Shown here one piece after another: positions 44,701 to 53,379 of a stretch of 64,000 nucleotides of DNA. Source of the stretch: Spirochaetales bacterium. GTDB taxonomy: Bacteria; Spirochaetota; Spirochaetia; JAIPGG01. Location of the stretch: assembly GCA_021736255.1 (NCBI GenBank), contig JAIPGG010000002.1, forward strand, positions 8,154 to 72,153. Reading direction: 5' to 3'. The translations under genes and the position numbers were made by a program. Each line of letters opens with the position of its first letter. Within the stretch, counting starts at the first letter, position 1. Under the pieces are notes generated by a model. That model searched no databases. It was not told where the DNA came from and worked only from the letters and a program-made list of their open reading frames with translations.

Positions 44701-46356
44701 ATGAAGGGCAAGAGAGTATTTCTCCTGTTGATACTGGCAGGTATGCTTACTTCGGGAGTGACGGCTGCCTCGCTTTGGGAGGGGAATGCTGCAATGAGCA
44801 GATACGGGGAGTTCCCTATGAGCGGACTCTTCGGGGCGTCGAACTCATTCCCGAGGAATACCACGGTGAAAGTCGAAAATCTTGATACCGGCAAGAGTGT
44901 AGAGGTAGTCATTACCAAACGGCTCGATGATCCGGGATTATTCATGCTGCTTTCCCGTCAGGCTGCAGAAAAACTCAGCATACCCCCGAATGATGTCGTC
45001 CGGGTCAGTGTTTCCCTCGCCGAAGGTGAAGCGGTCGAGGAATACACAGGACTTCCCGATGATCAGCCCTATCATCCCGATCCGGACATCAATCCGGCGG
45101 CCGGCGTTGAGTCGACAACCCCGGAGGCTGTTGAATCAGCAGAAGAGATTGCGGAAGCCGCGCAGCCGGAAGCTGCACAGCCGGAAGCTGCACAGCCGGA
45201 AGCCGCACAGCCGGAAGCTGCACAGCCGGAAGCTGCACAGCCGGAAGCTGCACAGCCGGAAGCCGCGCAGCCGGAAACGCCGCAGCCGGCGGAAAAAGAA
45301 ACCGCCGAGCCGGCTCTGCAGGACGAGCCTGTCGTGTCTGCGGAACCTGCTGAGCCGGAAGAACCTGCTGAGCCGGCGGAGGACAGTGTTCTGCCGGAAG
45401 AGCCGATGGAAGAGCCGACCGACCTAACGGAGGTCACCCCGGCACCGGTCGTAATACCGATTATTCCTGAAGAAGAAAAAGAAACAGAACCCGAAGAGGA
45501 ACCCGATCTCGAGGCCGAACTCGATGCACTCGCAAACCGGGAGCCCTCGAAAGAGGTGGAACGGGAATCCTTTGCCGATCTGGACCCGGAGCTTTACGAA
45601 CGGCCTGCTTTAACCGAAAGGCCGGAAGAACTCGAGGAGCTGCCCCTGACTGTTGCCGAACCGGCCGAAAAAGAAGAAATAGTACAATCCGAAACCCCCG
45701 AGCCCTTGCCCGAAGGGCCCACGGTAACCGAATCCGTGAAAGAGCCGGAGGCTACCGAAGAGGTTTTTCCCGCAGAGCAGCCGGAAGTGACCGAGCAGCC
45801 GGAAGCGGCAGAGCAGCCGGAAGCGGCAGAGCAGCCGGAAGCGGCGGATAAACCGGAGGCAACGGACATGCCCGAGCCTGACGAAGAGGGGGAAGTCGAA
45901 CTCACACTTGAACCTGCAGGACCGAAACCTCCGGAACCCTCTGCGGCAACAGCTCCTGCTGAACTTGCCGAGGCGAAAGAAGAAGGAGTGGCGGAAGGAG
46001 AAGGCGAGGCAGCAGAGGCGGCCGAACCGGCCGAGCCGGCCGAACCGGCAACGGAACGCCCAGAACCGCAGCCCGAAATCACAAAGGCCCGGGACGAAGG
46101 CAAGCTGCTGGTCGATACCCTCGAATCCGGTTCTTATTATCTGCAGCTCGGAGTGTATTCCTCGAGGAACTCGGCTGTACGGGTTGCCGGGGGCCATACG
46201 GACACCTATCCTGTAGCGGTTTTGCCGGTAAGCGGCGAAAAGGGAACCAGGTATAAGGTCATGGTAGGTCCGCTGAACAATGATGAAAGCGGAACACTGT
46301 TGTACTGGTTTCGGTCACGGGGATATCCTGATGCCTTCCTGAGAAAGGGTAATTAG
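44701..46356 (+). CDS. RlpA-like DPBB domain / acidic Pro-Glu-Ala repeat linker / C-terminal SPOR domain protein
   Basis: Signal peptide. DPBB-like NTTVKVENLDTGKSVEVVITKRLDDPGLFMLLSRQAAEKL. About 330-aa PEA-rich linker. SPOR-like YYLQLGVYSSRNSA...RYKVMVGPLNNDESGTLLYWFRSRGYPDAFLRK. Confidence 0.8.
   Translation: MKGKRVFLLLILAGMLTSGVTAASLWEGNAAMSRYGEFPMSGLFGASNSFPRNTTVKVENLDTGKSVEVVITKRLDDPGLFMLLSRQAAEKLSIPPNDVVRVSVSLAEGEAVEEYTGLPDDQPYHPDPDINPAAGVESTTPEAVESAEEIAEAAQPEAAQPEAAQPEAAQPEAAQPEAAQPEAAQPEAAQPETPQPAEKETAEPALQDEPVVSAEPAEPEEPAEPAEDSVLPEEPMEEPTDLTEVTPAPVVIPIIPEEEKETEPEEEPDLEAELDALANREPSKEVERESFADLDPELYERPALTERPEELEELPLTVAEPAEKEEIVQSETPEPLPEGPTVTESVKEPEATEEVFPAEQPEVTEQPEAAEQPEAAEQPEAADKPEATDMPEPDEEGEVELTLEPAGPKPPEPSAATAPAELAEAKEEGVAEGEGEAAEAAEPAEPAEPATERPEPQPEITKARDEGKLLVDTLESGSYYLQLGVYSSRNSAVRVAGGHTDTYPVAVLPVSGEKGTRYKVMVGPLNNDESGTLLYWFRSRGYPDAFLRKGN
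45160..45279 (+). repeat. in-frame 15-bp tandem repeat x8 (gcNcagccggaagcN; peptide AQPEA)
   Basis: Eight head-to-tail units counted at 45160, 45175, 45190, 45205, 45220, 45235, 45250 and 45265. Only third-position differences, and the last unit is diverged. Confidence 0.9.
45775..45864 (+). repeat. in-frame 18-bp tandem repeat x4-5 (gagcagccggaagcggca; peptide EQPEAA)
   Basis: Units at 45775, 45793, 45811 and 45829, plus a degenerate fifth at 45847. It shares the cagccggaagc core with the 15-bp array. Confidence 0.85.
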
Positions 46357-46377
46357 AAAACGGCGGGGTAAAGATCC

Positions 46378-48507
46378 ATGAAGAATTCCCAGGGAGGCGC
46401 TGATGCTGCCGATCGCAACAGCAATCGGCACCCGAAAGAAGAGATGGACCGCCTTGCCGGTCTTCTGCGCCGGTACCAACACGAGTACTACGTGCTCAGT
46501 GCCCCCTCGGTATCCGACGAAGAGTATGACCGTTTGTTCGAGCGGCTGAAATATCTGGAATCAGAATATCCCGAATATGCCCGGCCGGACTCTCCCTCTC
46601 AACGGGTGGGTTCCGATTTGATGCATGAACTGCCGGAGGTGGAACACAGCATTCCTGTGCTCAGCTTGGATAAGGCCTACACCGACGAAGGGGTTTTGAG
46701 TTGGATGGAGAAGACCGCCGGAGCGGCAGGTGAACCGGTTACCTTTCTTGCCGAGGAGAAGATAGACGGTGTCTCGATCGTGCTCTATTATGAAGACGGG
46801 GTGCTGCAGCGAGCTGTGACCAGGGGCAACGGGTATGTGGGAAACGATGTTACCCCGAATGTAAAGACTATCGGAGCCGTGCCGCTTTCCCTGCACAAGG
46901 TGTCGGATCTCACTGTTCGCGGCGAGATATATCTGCCGAAAGACAGGTTTCAGGATATAAACAGCCGCATGCCCGAGCCCTTTGCCAACCCGAGAAATCT
47001 GGCATCCGGAACACTGCGCCGAGTTCGCAGTGTGGAGACCGCACGAGTACCGCTTACCATGTTCGCCTATGAGGGAATTTTCCCCGACCAGGAAGAAACC
47101 CATGACCGGGTTCTGACCAGGCTCGAGGAACTCGGATTCAGGGTAAATCCCCGTTTTCGACTGTTCAGAATTGATCCTGCCGACCCGAGCGCTTCCGGCA
47201 GTGACTGGGAAGAGTTCAAAGCCTTTCTCAAGCAGGAGAATGAAGAGCGGGATAGCCTTACCTATGAAATCGACGGACTCGTAATCAAGGTAAACGAATT
47301 GGCCCCCCGCGAGCGGCTTGGTTATACGAGCCATCATCCCAGATGGGCTGTTGCCTACAAATTCGAATCGCCCCAGGGGATAACCCGGGTTCGTGATATC
47401 GAGGTGCAAATCGGTCGAACCGGCAGGGCAACACCGGTAGCCCGGGTCGAACCGGTCTCCATAGGAGGCTCGACCATTACGAATGTAACGCTCCACAACC
47501 AGGAATATATATCAGCACTCGAGCTCTCCATCGGCGACCAGGTCGCTGTTTCTCGAAGGGGCGATGTGATACCGGCGGTGGAAAGGGTTATCGAAAAGGA
47601 TGCCGGCAGTCCGCCGGTCTGGAAAATGCCCGAAAACTGCCCTTCCTGCGGCCGAAAGCTGCAGCAAAAGGGTGCTCATCATTTCTGCGTCAATCCGGAT
47701 TGTCCGGCGATCCGATTCGGCAGACTCCGTTTTTTTGCGGCCAAGGGGCAGATGGATATAGATAATCTCGGTCCGGAGACGGTGAATACACTTTTCGAAA
47801 TGGGTCTGGTAGAGGACATTGCCGATTTTTATCGGGCTGATTATTCACAGCTTTTAGGTCAGGAAGGATTCGGGCCGAAGAAGGTAGAGCTGATAAAGCG
47901 CGGGGTGGAAAAGAGTAAGCAGCGCTCCTTTCGTACGGTATTGACCGCTCTTGGTATTTCGGATTTGGGTGAAAATGTTGCGGACTTGCTTATCTCAGGC
48001 GGTTTCTCATCGATGGAAGGGCTTCTCGAGGCGGCCGACCGGGACGACCGGGATGCTCTCTCGGCGATAGCGGGGATCGGGCCGAAGATGGCCGAAGGGA
48101 TTCTCTCTTCTTTGCGGGACCGGCGGCTGCGGGAACAGATCTCCGCCCTCGCTGAGGCCGGCATTTCCATGTCTGCGGAGGAGGACAGGCGCAAGGCTGC
48201 CGGAGAGGCTTCCGGTGGAGAGGAATCCGGACAGGATCTCCCCCGGATTTTCGAAGGTCAGACATGGTGTGTCACCGGCAGTTTCGAGTCCTTCACTCCG
48301 AGGGAGGAGGCGATGGAAGAGGTGAAAAAGCGCGGGGGCAGGGTAGTCTCTTCGGTCACCGGTAAAACCACCCATCTCCTCGCCGGCAGCGGAGCGGGTT
48401 CGAAGCTGGAAAAGGCGCGCAGTCTGGGGGTTTCGGTTGTCGACGAGGCGGAATTTCTCCGGCTGCTCGGCCGAGGCGAATCAGAGAACAAAGCGGAACG
48501 GCAGTGA
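46378..48507 (+). CDS. ligA: NAD-dependent DNA ligase
   Basis: Adenylation motif EEKIDGVSI, Zn-finger CPSCGRKLQQKGAHHFCVNPDC, HhH region and C-terminal BRCT (WCVTGSFESFTREEA). Confidence 0.95.
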   Translation: MKNSQGGADAADRNSNRHPKEEMDRLAGLLRRYQHEYYVLSAPSVSDEEYDRLFERLKYLESEYPEYARPDSPSQRVGSDLMHELPEVEHSIPVLSLDKAYTDEGVLSWMEKTAGAAGEPVTFLAEEKIDGVSIVLYYEDGVLQRAVTRGNGYVGNDVTPNVKTIGAVPLSLHKVSDLTVRGEIYLPKDRFQDINSRMPEPFANPRNLASGTLRRVRSVETARVPLTMFAYEGIFPDQEETHDRVLTRLEELGFRVNPRFRLFRIDPADPSASGSDWEEFKAFLKQENEERDSLTYEIDGLVIKVNELAPRERLGYTSHHPRWAVAYKFESPQGITRVRDIEVQIGRTGRATPVARVEPVSIGGSTITNVTLHNQEYISALELSIGDQVAVSRRGDVIPAVERVIEKDAGSPPVWKMPENCPSCGRKLQQKGAHHFCVNPDCPAIRFGRLRFFAAKGQMDIDNLGPETVNTLFEMGLVEDIADFYRADYSQLLGQEGFGPKKVELIKRGVEKSKQRSFRTVLTALGISDLGENVADLLISGGFSSMEGLLEAADRDDRDALSAIAGIGPKMAEGILSSLRDRRLREQISALAEAGISMSAEEDRRKAAGEASGGEESGQDLPRIFEGQTWCVTGSFESFTPREEAMEEVKKRGGRVVSSVTGKTTHLLAGSGAGSKLEKARSLGVSVVDEAEFLRLLGRGESENKAERQ

Positions 48508-49319
48508 ATACTCACCGGAAAACAAAAAGCAAGCGTCAACTACGGAAGGAACAGAAGGCTGCAGCCCTGCTCGAGGGACAGGGGTGGGGAGTAATTCCGC
48601 CGAATCAGTATCTGATCGATATGGAATCCGAATTCCTAGAGATCTGGAGGCAGGTGAGTCCCTATACCATGACCAGTGTAGAGCGGGGATATGCCCTCTA
48701 TCAGGCGGTGTTTTCCGTTCTCGACAGGAATATTGCCGGAGATTTTGTAGAGTGCGGGGTCTGGAAGGGAGGGTCGGCAGCATTAATGGCTTTAAGCCTT
48801 TTCCGAGCGCGGCACTCCAATCAAGAGATCCGGTCTTCTGCGGCCCGAGAGAGGCGAATCTGGTGCTACGATACCTTTTCGGGGATGACCGAACCCGGAG
48901 AGGAAGACAGGATTGCAGCAACCGGTCAGTCTGCAGCAAAGCGGCTGCAGAAAGATGCATCGTTTTCCTCCTGGGCAGTAGGTATGGAAGAGGTGAAAAA
49001 CAACCTTTCCCGGGTCGGACTCGATTCGAGGGGCTTTAGGTTTATTCCCGGTCCTGTGGAACAGACGCTCGATCAGCAGATGCCGGATCGGGTTGCGCTG
49101 CTTCGCCTTGATACCGATTGGTACGAATCGACCCGCGTCGAACTGGAACGGCTCTATCCGCTGTTATCCCCCGGCGGGGTTTTGATCATTGATGATTACG
49201 GCCACTTTACCGGGGCCCGCAAGGCGGTGGACGAGTACTTTTCTTCTCGGGCAGACTCGATGCCGGTACTGCTTCAGCGTATCGATTACACCGGCCGGCT
49301 CGTCCTCAAGCCGGGATAA
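48504..49319 (+). CDS. TylF/MycF (macrocin-O-methyltransferase) family SAM-dependent methyltransferase
   Basis: DFVECGVWKGGSAALMAL and LRLDTDWYESTRVELERLYPLLSPGGVLIIDDYGHF. GTGA overlap with the ligA stop. The alternative start ATG 48621 (MESEFLEIW) is possible. Confidence 0.8.
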   Translation: MNTHRKTKSKRQLRKEQKAAALLEGQGWGVIPPNQYLIDMESEFLEIWRQVSPYTMTSVERGYALYQAVFSVLDRNIAGDFVECGVWKGGSAALMALSLFRARHSNQEIRSSAARERRIWCYDTFSGMTEPGEEDRIAATGQSAAKRLQKDASFSSWAVGMEEVKNNLSRVGLDSRGFRFIPGPVEQTLDQQMPDRVALLRLDTDWYESTRVELERLYPLLSPGGVLIIDDYGHFTGARKAVDEYFSSRADSMPVLLQRIDYTGRLVLKPG

Positions 49320-49354
49320 GCATCAATACAGAGAGACTTTCTGTTTTATTGTCC

Positions 49355-49702
49355 TTATTGTTCTTCCGATCTCCGCCGGCTGATCGGCTTGAGATAGCTT
49401 TTCATGCCGCCGCCGGGAGAGGCCCGCCCGAGTTCGGACAGAACAATATCTAAGGCCAGGCGGTATTGGGCATAGGTGATTCGCAGGTGCTCCTGGAACC
49501 CGAGTTCCTCCCGTACCCTGGTTTGTTTGCTTTTCCCGAGTTTTGAAAAAAGCAGTTCGCGGTCGGTTTTTTGCAGGTACAGCATGGAAAGGGCGAGAGA
49601 GCGGTCCTGAATACGCATCAGACGGTTCTGCAGTGTTGCCGAATCCATCGAGTGGAGGAGCCGAATCAATTTTTCTTCTCCTGACTGTGAGGGTGCAGAC
49701 AC
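49355..49702 (-). CDS. small hypothetical protein with FliG_C/MgtE_N-like helical domain
   Basis: LQNRLMRIQDRSLALSMLYLQKTDRELLFSKLGKSKQTRVREELG parallels LQQILRDFENRELALFLKDKKETLRAKIFGNVSSRRRMLIKEDME of the FliG in this window. Confidence 0.55.
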   Translation of the reverse strand: MSAPSQSGEEKLIRLLHSMDSATLQNRLMRIQDRSLALSMLYLQKTDRELLFSKLGKSKQTRVREELGFQEHLRITYAQYRLALDIVLSELGRASPGGGMKSYLKPISRRRSEEQ

Positions 49703-49733
49703 TTTGTGAACCTCCTTCGCTGGTACAAAGATA

Positions 49734-50939
49734 TCAGTTTACGACCGGCGGTGAAACCGGAAAATCGAAGGCAAACCTGTGCCGGAAAAGGAGGAGTGTA
49801 TCCACAAACCGGCGATTGTTCCGGGGGTCCGAATCGAAAAACAGAAGATGTGAACTGCACGAGCAATCACTGGACCCGAAGTTCGTCACCTCCCCGTCAG
49901 CGGCCGCCCGGACATGCGAGGCAAGAGAACATTCGAGGTCGAAGCGGCTTCGGATGGGAAAGGACTTTACAAGGCTGCCCTCCTGAAGGAGGTAATCAAT
50001 GTGCCAGTGCATCCGCTTCCTCTGCCGTTTGTGGCGGGCCACCCGCGCTGTAAGCCCGCGCCGGGCTGAGCCGGCGTAGACATACCATCCCCTCGGAAAC
50101 TCGAGAGGGCCGAGAGAGCCGATTCGAATCACTTTTCGAGTTTCTATCCGGACTAACAACAGGTAGGCCCCGCCGTCCGGAAGTTCTCGTATGGGGTCCA
50201 GATTTACCGGCAGCTCGGGCTCGGCTATCCGCATCAGACCGGAGGCGTCAGTTTCCACGGACACAGCTCGGATATCTATCGTGTCGGAAAACTGGAGCAG
50301 AGCACGGGAAAAAGCGGGATCAGTATGCGGGTTCGGCAGAAACCGCTCTGCCCGGCCGGAGGCAACCAGGAAAAGGACCATCGGCTTGATCAATTTTCCC
50401 TCCCATCGGCTTCCCGCCAGGGCAGCCAGTTCTTCCAGGTGTCTTTTGCCGCGCTCGGTTGGGGCGTCCGGAAACATGGCCGTCCCTTCTTCGATCAGCG
50501 TGCAGGATTTTACTTCCAGCAAGACAGCATCTTTGCCCGCCGGTCCCTCGGCGGTAAAGGCAAAATCAAAACGGGATCGGCCGAACCGGACCTCGCTGCG
50601 GAGGTTGTACATCCATGGAAAAAGGCGGGGCAGAACCAGATCGGAAACGAGCTGGTTTGCTCGGGAGGAATGGAGAGGAAGCACGCCTTTCCGGTAAAAG
50701 ATTCCGACAAGGGTGAAATCTGTTTTTCTCCCTTGAGGGCTGGCTGTCTTTCCGGCCTTTTCGAAAATCAACCGGGCACCCGGCAGCAGGAGTTCTTCCA
50801 TACGCCCCGGATTCGGACAGTGGGCCCTGACTGCCTCTCCGTTTATATCGGCAAGGACCGTAAACCGGTTGGGGCGTCCTAAAAACAAACCGATATGATC
50901 GGGAGAAAAATGTCGGTAGGAACCATCCGGCTGGATCAT
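49734..50939 (-). CDS. sfsA: SfsA (sugar fermentation stimulation / nuclease-like) fused to a C-terminal DUF123 (GIY-YIG-superfamily) domain
   Basis: SfsA part: RPNRFTVLADINGEAVRAHCPNPGRM, LLEVKSCTL and FPDAPTERGKRHLEEL. DUF123 part: GAYLLLVRI..IRIGSLG..FPRGWYVYAGSA...RHKRQRKRMHWHIDYLL...ECSLA...FGSSDCSCSSHLLFF. Confidence 0.85.
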   Translation of the reverse strand: MIQPDGSYRHFSPDHIGLFLGRPNRFTVLADINGEAVRAHCPNPGRMEELLLPGARLIFEKAGKTASPQGRKTDFTLVGIFYRKGVLPLHSSRANQLVSDLVLPRLFPWMYNLRSEVRFGRSRFDFAFTAEGPAGKDAVLLEVKSCTLIEEGTAMFPDAPTERGKRHLEELAALAGSRWEGKLIKPMVLFLVASGRAERFLPNPHTDPAFSRALLQFSDTIDIRAVSVETDASGLMRIAEPELPVNLDPIRELPDGGAYLLLVRIETRKVIRIGSLGPLEFPRGWYVYAGSARRGLTARVARHKRQRKRMHWHIDYLLQEGSLVKSFPIRSRFDLECSLASHVRAAADGEVTNFGSSDCSCSSHLLFFDSDPRNNRRFVDTLLLFRHRFAFDFPVSPPVVN

Positions 50940-50947
50940 AGACCCTG

Positions 50948-52852
50948 TTAGTGATAGAGCGATTCGATTTCCTGTTTGTAGATATCAGCTATTACATTTC
51001 TTCGGAGCTTGAGGCTCGGAGTCAGTTCTTTGCCTACTTCGAAGGGACGTGCCAGCAAAGTGGTGCGGAACACCTGTTCGTAGAGCTTGAAACCTGTTTT
51101 CTGGTTGACCAGAGCCAGAATTTCTTCACGAATCAGTTCCTGGATTTCTTCGTGTTCGAGGAGTTCCTCCGCCTCGATGTAGGAAATATGCTGTTCCACG
51201 GCATATTCTTCGAGGAGTTCCATGTTGGGAACCACGAGGGCGCCGAGGTATTTCTTGTCTTGTCCGACCACCATGACCTGGTCTATGTATGAAGACTGAG
51301 TGATCATTTCCTCAATGGGTGCCGGTTCGATATTTTCTCCGCCGAGTAGTACAATCGTTTCCTTTACCCTTCCGATGATTGTGAATTCTCCGGTATGGGT
51401 AAAGACAGCCAGGTCTCCGGTGTTCAGCCAGCCGTCTTCCGACAGAACCTTCTTGGTCTCTTCGGGCATCTTGTAGTAACCCTTCATTACTTGCGGGCTT
51501 CGAACATACAGAACGCCCTTTTCCCCGGGAGAAACGGAATTCCCCTCGGAATCGAGCAGCCGGTATTCCACATCCCTCAAGAGGGGGCCGACTGTACCGT
51601 AGACCGGATTCAGTTGTTCGCGTACCGAGAGAATGGGTGCCGTTTCGGTAAGCCCGTACCCTTCGAGGAGCAGGATCCCCGCCGCTTGAAAGAATCGGTC
51701 GACGTAGGCCGGCAGGGCGCCGCCTCCGGATACCCCGACCTTAAACCTGCCGCCGATTTTTGCCTTGATCTTACGAAAAACCAGGGCGTTGCCCAAAAGC
51801 TTCAGGGGTGTAAGGACGGCAAAGGGAAGAACGCTCAGAACAATGTCGATTACCCGGTTTCTGACGGTAAACTGGGCCTGCCTGCCGAACAGAATATTGA
51901 AAAACCCGGCATGCAGTTCACCAATGTTTACAAAAAAGTAGAAAAGGGTTTTCTTTATGCCCCCGTCCTTGTTGATGTTCCTGTATACTGCACTGCGGAT
52001 TCCTTCCCAGATCCGTGGTACTGAAGTCATCCAGGTCGGGCGTATGGCTTGCATATCATCGAGCATGATCCGGCCAATGGGTTTTGAATAAGCGATGGAA
52101 GCCCCGTTGTTCAGAACGACGTACTCTACCGCCCGCTCGAAGGAGTGCCAGATAGGCAGCACACTCAGAAAGATGTCGGCAGGCCCGAGGTAAAGAACGC
52201 CCTTGACCCGATCGAGCTGGAAAAGAAAGCTGATGTGGGTGAGCATGACGCCTTTGGGTTTGCCTGTTGTGCCGGATGTATAGATAATGGTCGCTAGGTC
52301 ATCGCCGTCGCCCTTCTCGATTTCGGATTCAAAAGCCTGCGGTGCCTGTTCCAGATATTTCGCGCCCCGCTGTTTGATTTCTGAAAAGGTATAAACAGGC
52401 AAATCGCCATGACCGCCGGGATCTTCTCCTTCGAAGAGGATAATGCCTTTGAGCTCGGGATATTCTCCAACTGCATCCTTGTCCGGCAGAATACGGTGCA
52501 GCTGCTTGATGTTTTCTGCAACGAAGTAACGGCAGTCACCGTGGTGGAGAATGTACTGTATCTCTTCGGTAGTGGAATCATTCCCGCGGGGAATATCAAC
52601 AGCCCCGATGGAAAGAATTGCAAGATCGAGGTGAAGCCATTCTGCCCGGTTGTCCGAAATCAGCCCGAGATGGTCCCCCCGCTCGACACCGATGTCCAAA
52701 AGCCCGCCGGCTGTCTGTTCCACCAGGCTGTACATCTGTCCATAGGTGATTGACTGGAAGTCGCCGTTTTCATCTTTGAAGTACTGAACCGGGACGGAGG
52801 AGTACTCATCAACGAGGGCTTTGAACCTGCGTGGAAGCGTCTCGGTCGCCAC
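50948..52852 (-). CDS. long-chain fatty acid--CoA ligase (AMP-forming, FadD-like)
   Basis: AMP-binding motif IIYTSGTTGKPKGVMLTH, with GYGLTETAP and WLNTGDLA. Confidence 0.88.
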   Translation of the reverse strand: MATETLPRRFKALVDEYSSVPVQYFKDENGDFQSITYGQMYSLVEQTAGGLLDIGVERGDHLGLISDNRAEWLHLDLAILSIGAVDIPRGNDSTTEEIQYILHHGDCRYFVAENIKQLHRILPDKDAVGEYPELKGIILFEGEDPGGHGDLPVYTFSEIKQRGAKYLEQAPQAFESEIEKGDGDDLATIIYTSGTTGKPKGVMLTHISFLFQLDRVKGVLYLGPADIFLSVLPIWHSFERAVEYVVLNNGASIAYSKPIGRIMLDDMQAIRPTWMTSVPRIWEGIRSAVYRNINKDGGIKKTLFYFFVNIGELHAGFFNILFGRQAQFTVRNRVIDIVLSVLPFAVLTPLKLLGNALVFRKIKAKIGGRFKVGVSGGGALPAYVDRFFQAAGILLLEGYGLTETAPILSVREQLNPVYGTVGPLLRDVEYRLLDSEGNSVSPGEKGVLYVRSPQVMKGYYKMPEETKKVLSEDGWLNTGDLAVFTHTGEFTIIGRVKETIVLLGGENIEPAPIEEMITQSSYIDQVMVVGQDKKYLGALVVPNMELLEEYAVEQHISYIEAEELLEHEEIQELIREEILALVNQKTGFKLYEQVFRTTLLARPFEVGKELTPSLKLRRNVIADIYKQEIESLYH

Positions 52853-52863
52853 GATTCTGCCGC

Positions 52864-53289
52864 TTACTCGGTGGGGGCCTCACCCACCAAACAGAGCCAG
52901 GTGGCCTCAGCCGCGACCTCATCGCCGATATAGGCCTTTCCCGACTGCTTGAGAGACCGTTTTGTGATCCGGTCATTGGTGATAACCAGCTTAACCCGGT
53001 CTCCCGGGCGAACCTGTTTGCGGAATTTTGCCTTTTCGACACTGGCCAGAAAAAAGAGTGCGTCCCCGAGGGTTCCGTTCTGGCTGATTCCGGCACCGCC
53101 GCACTGGGCCATGGTTTCTACCAGGATTACTCCTGGAACCACCGGATATTGAGGAAAGTGGCCTGGAAAGAAAAACTCGTCTTCACCGAAGGTCTTGTAT
53201 CCGATTATTTGCTCATCATCGACCGATTCCAGGGTGTCAACAAAAAGAAAGGGTTTTCTATGGGGTAACAGTTCGGTAATTTCCTTCAT
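52864..53289 (-). CDS. fabZ: 3-hydroxyacyl-ACP dehydratase FabZ-like (hot-dog fold)
   Basis: LLPHRKPFLFVD, FFFPGHFPQYPVVPGVILVETMAQCGG and KFRKQVRPGD. Confidence 0.85.
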   Translation of the reverse strand: MKEITELLPHRKPFLFVDTLESVDDEQIIGYKTFGEDEFFFPGHFPQYPVVPGVILVETMAQCGGAGISQNGTLGDALFFLASVEKAKFRKQVRPGDRVKLVITNDRITKRSLKQSGKAYIGDEVAAEATWLCLVGEAPTE

Positions 53290-53323
53290 TAAAGTATCCT
53301 TTCAATCCGTAATTGTAGTTTTC

Positions 53324-53352
53324 AGTATATTCACAGATTTACGACTTCGCAA
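53324..53352 (-). promoter_or_regulatory. sigma70-type promoter TTGCGA-17-TATACT upstream of fabZ
   Basis: On the minus strand, the -35 is at 53352-53347 and the -10 at 53329-53324. About 28-nt leader with GAAAGGA before ATG 53289. Confidence 0.5.
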
Positions 53353-53379
53353 GTCTTCATTTCCGCCTGGACAGGCTGT

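Noticed and set aside
45160-45864. Possible CRISPR array, suggested by short direct repeats
   Set aside because: The repeats are 15 and 18 bp, directly abutting with no spacers. They are in-frame inside a CDS, and no cas genes are present in the window.
45072-46197. Several 120-195-aa ORFs in other frames and on the other strand through the PEA-repeat region, rich in Ser/Ala/Gly or Arg/Phe
   Set aside because: These are artefacts of the repetitive GC-rich linker. The + frame 44701-46356 is bounded by genuine DPBB and SPOR domains.
46561-47496. 311-aa ORF antisense to ligA
   Set aside because: Shadow ORF with no domain signature. LigA on the plus strand is unambiguous.
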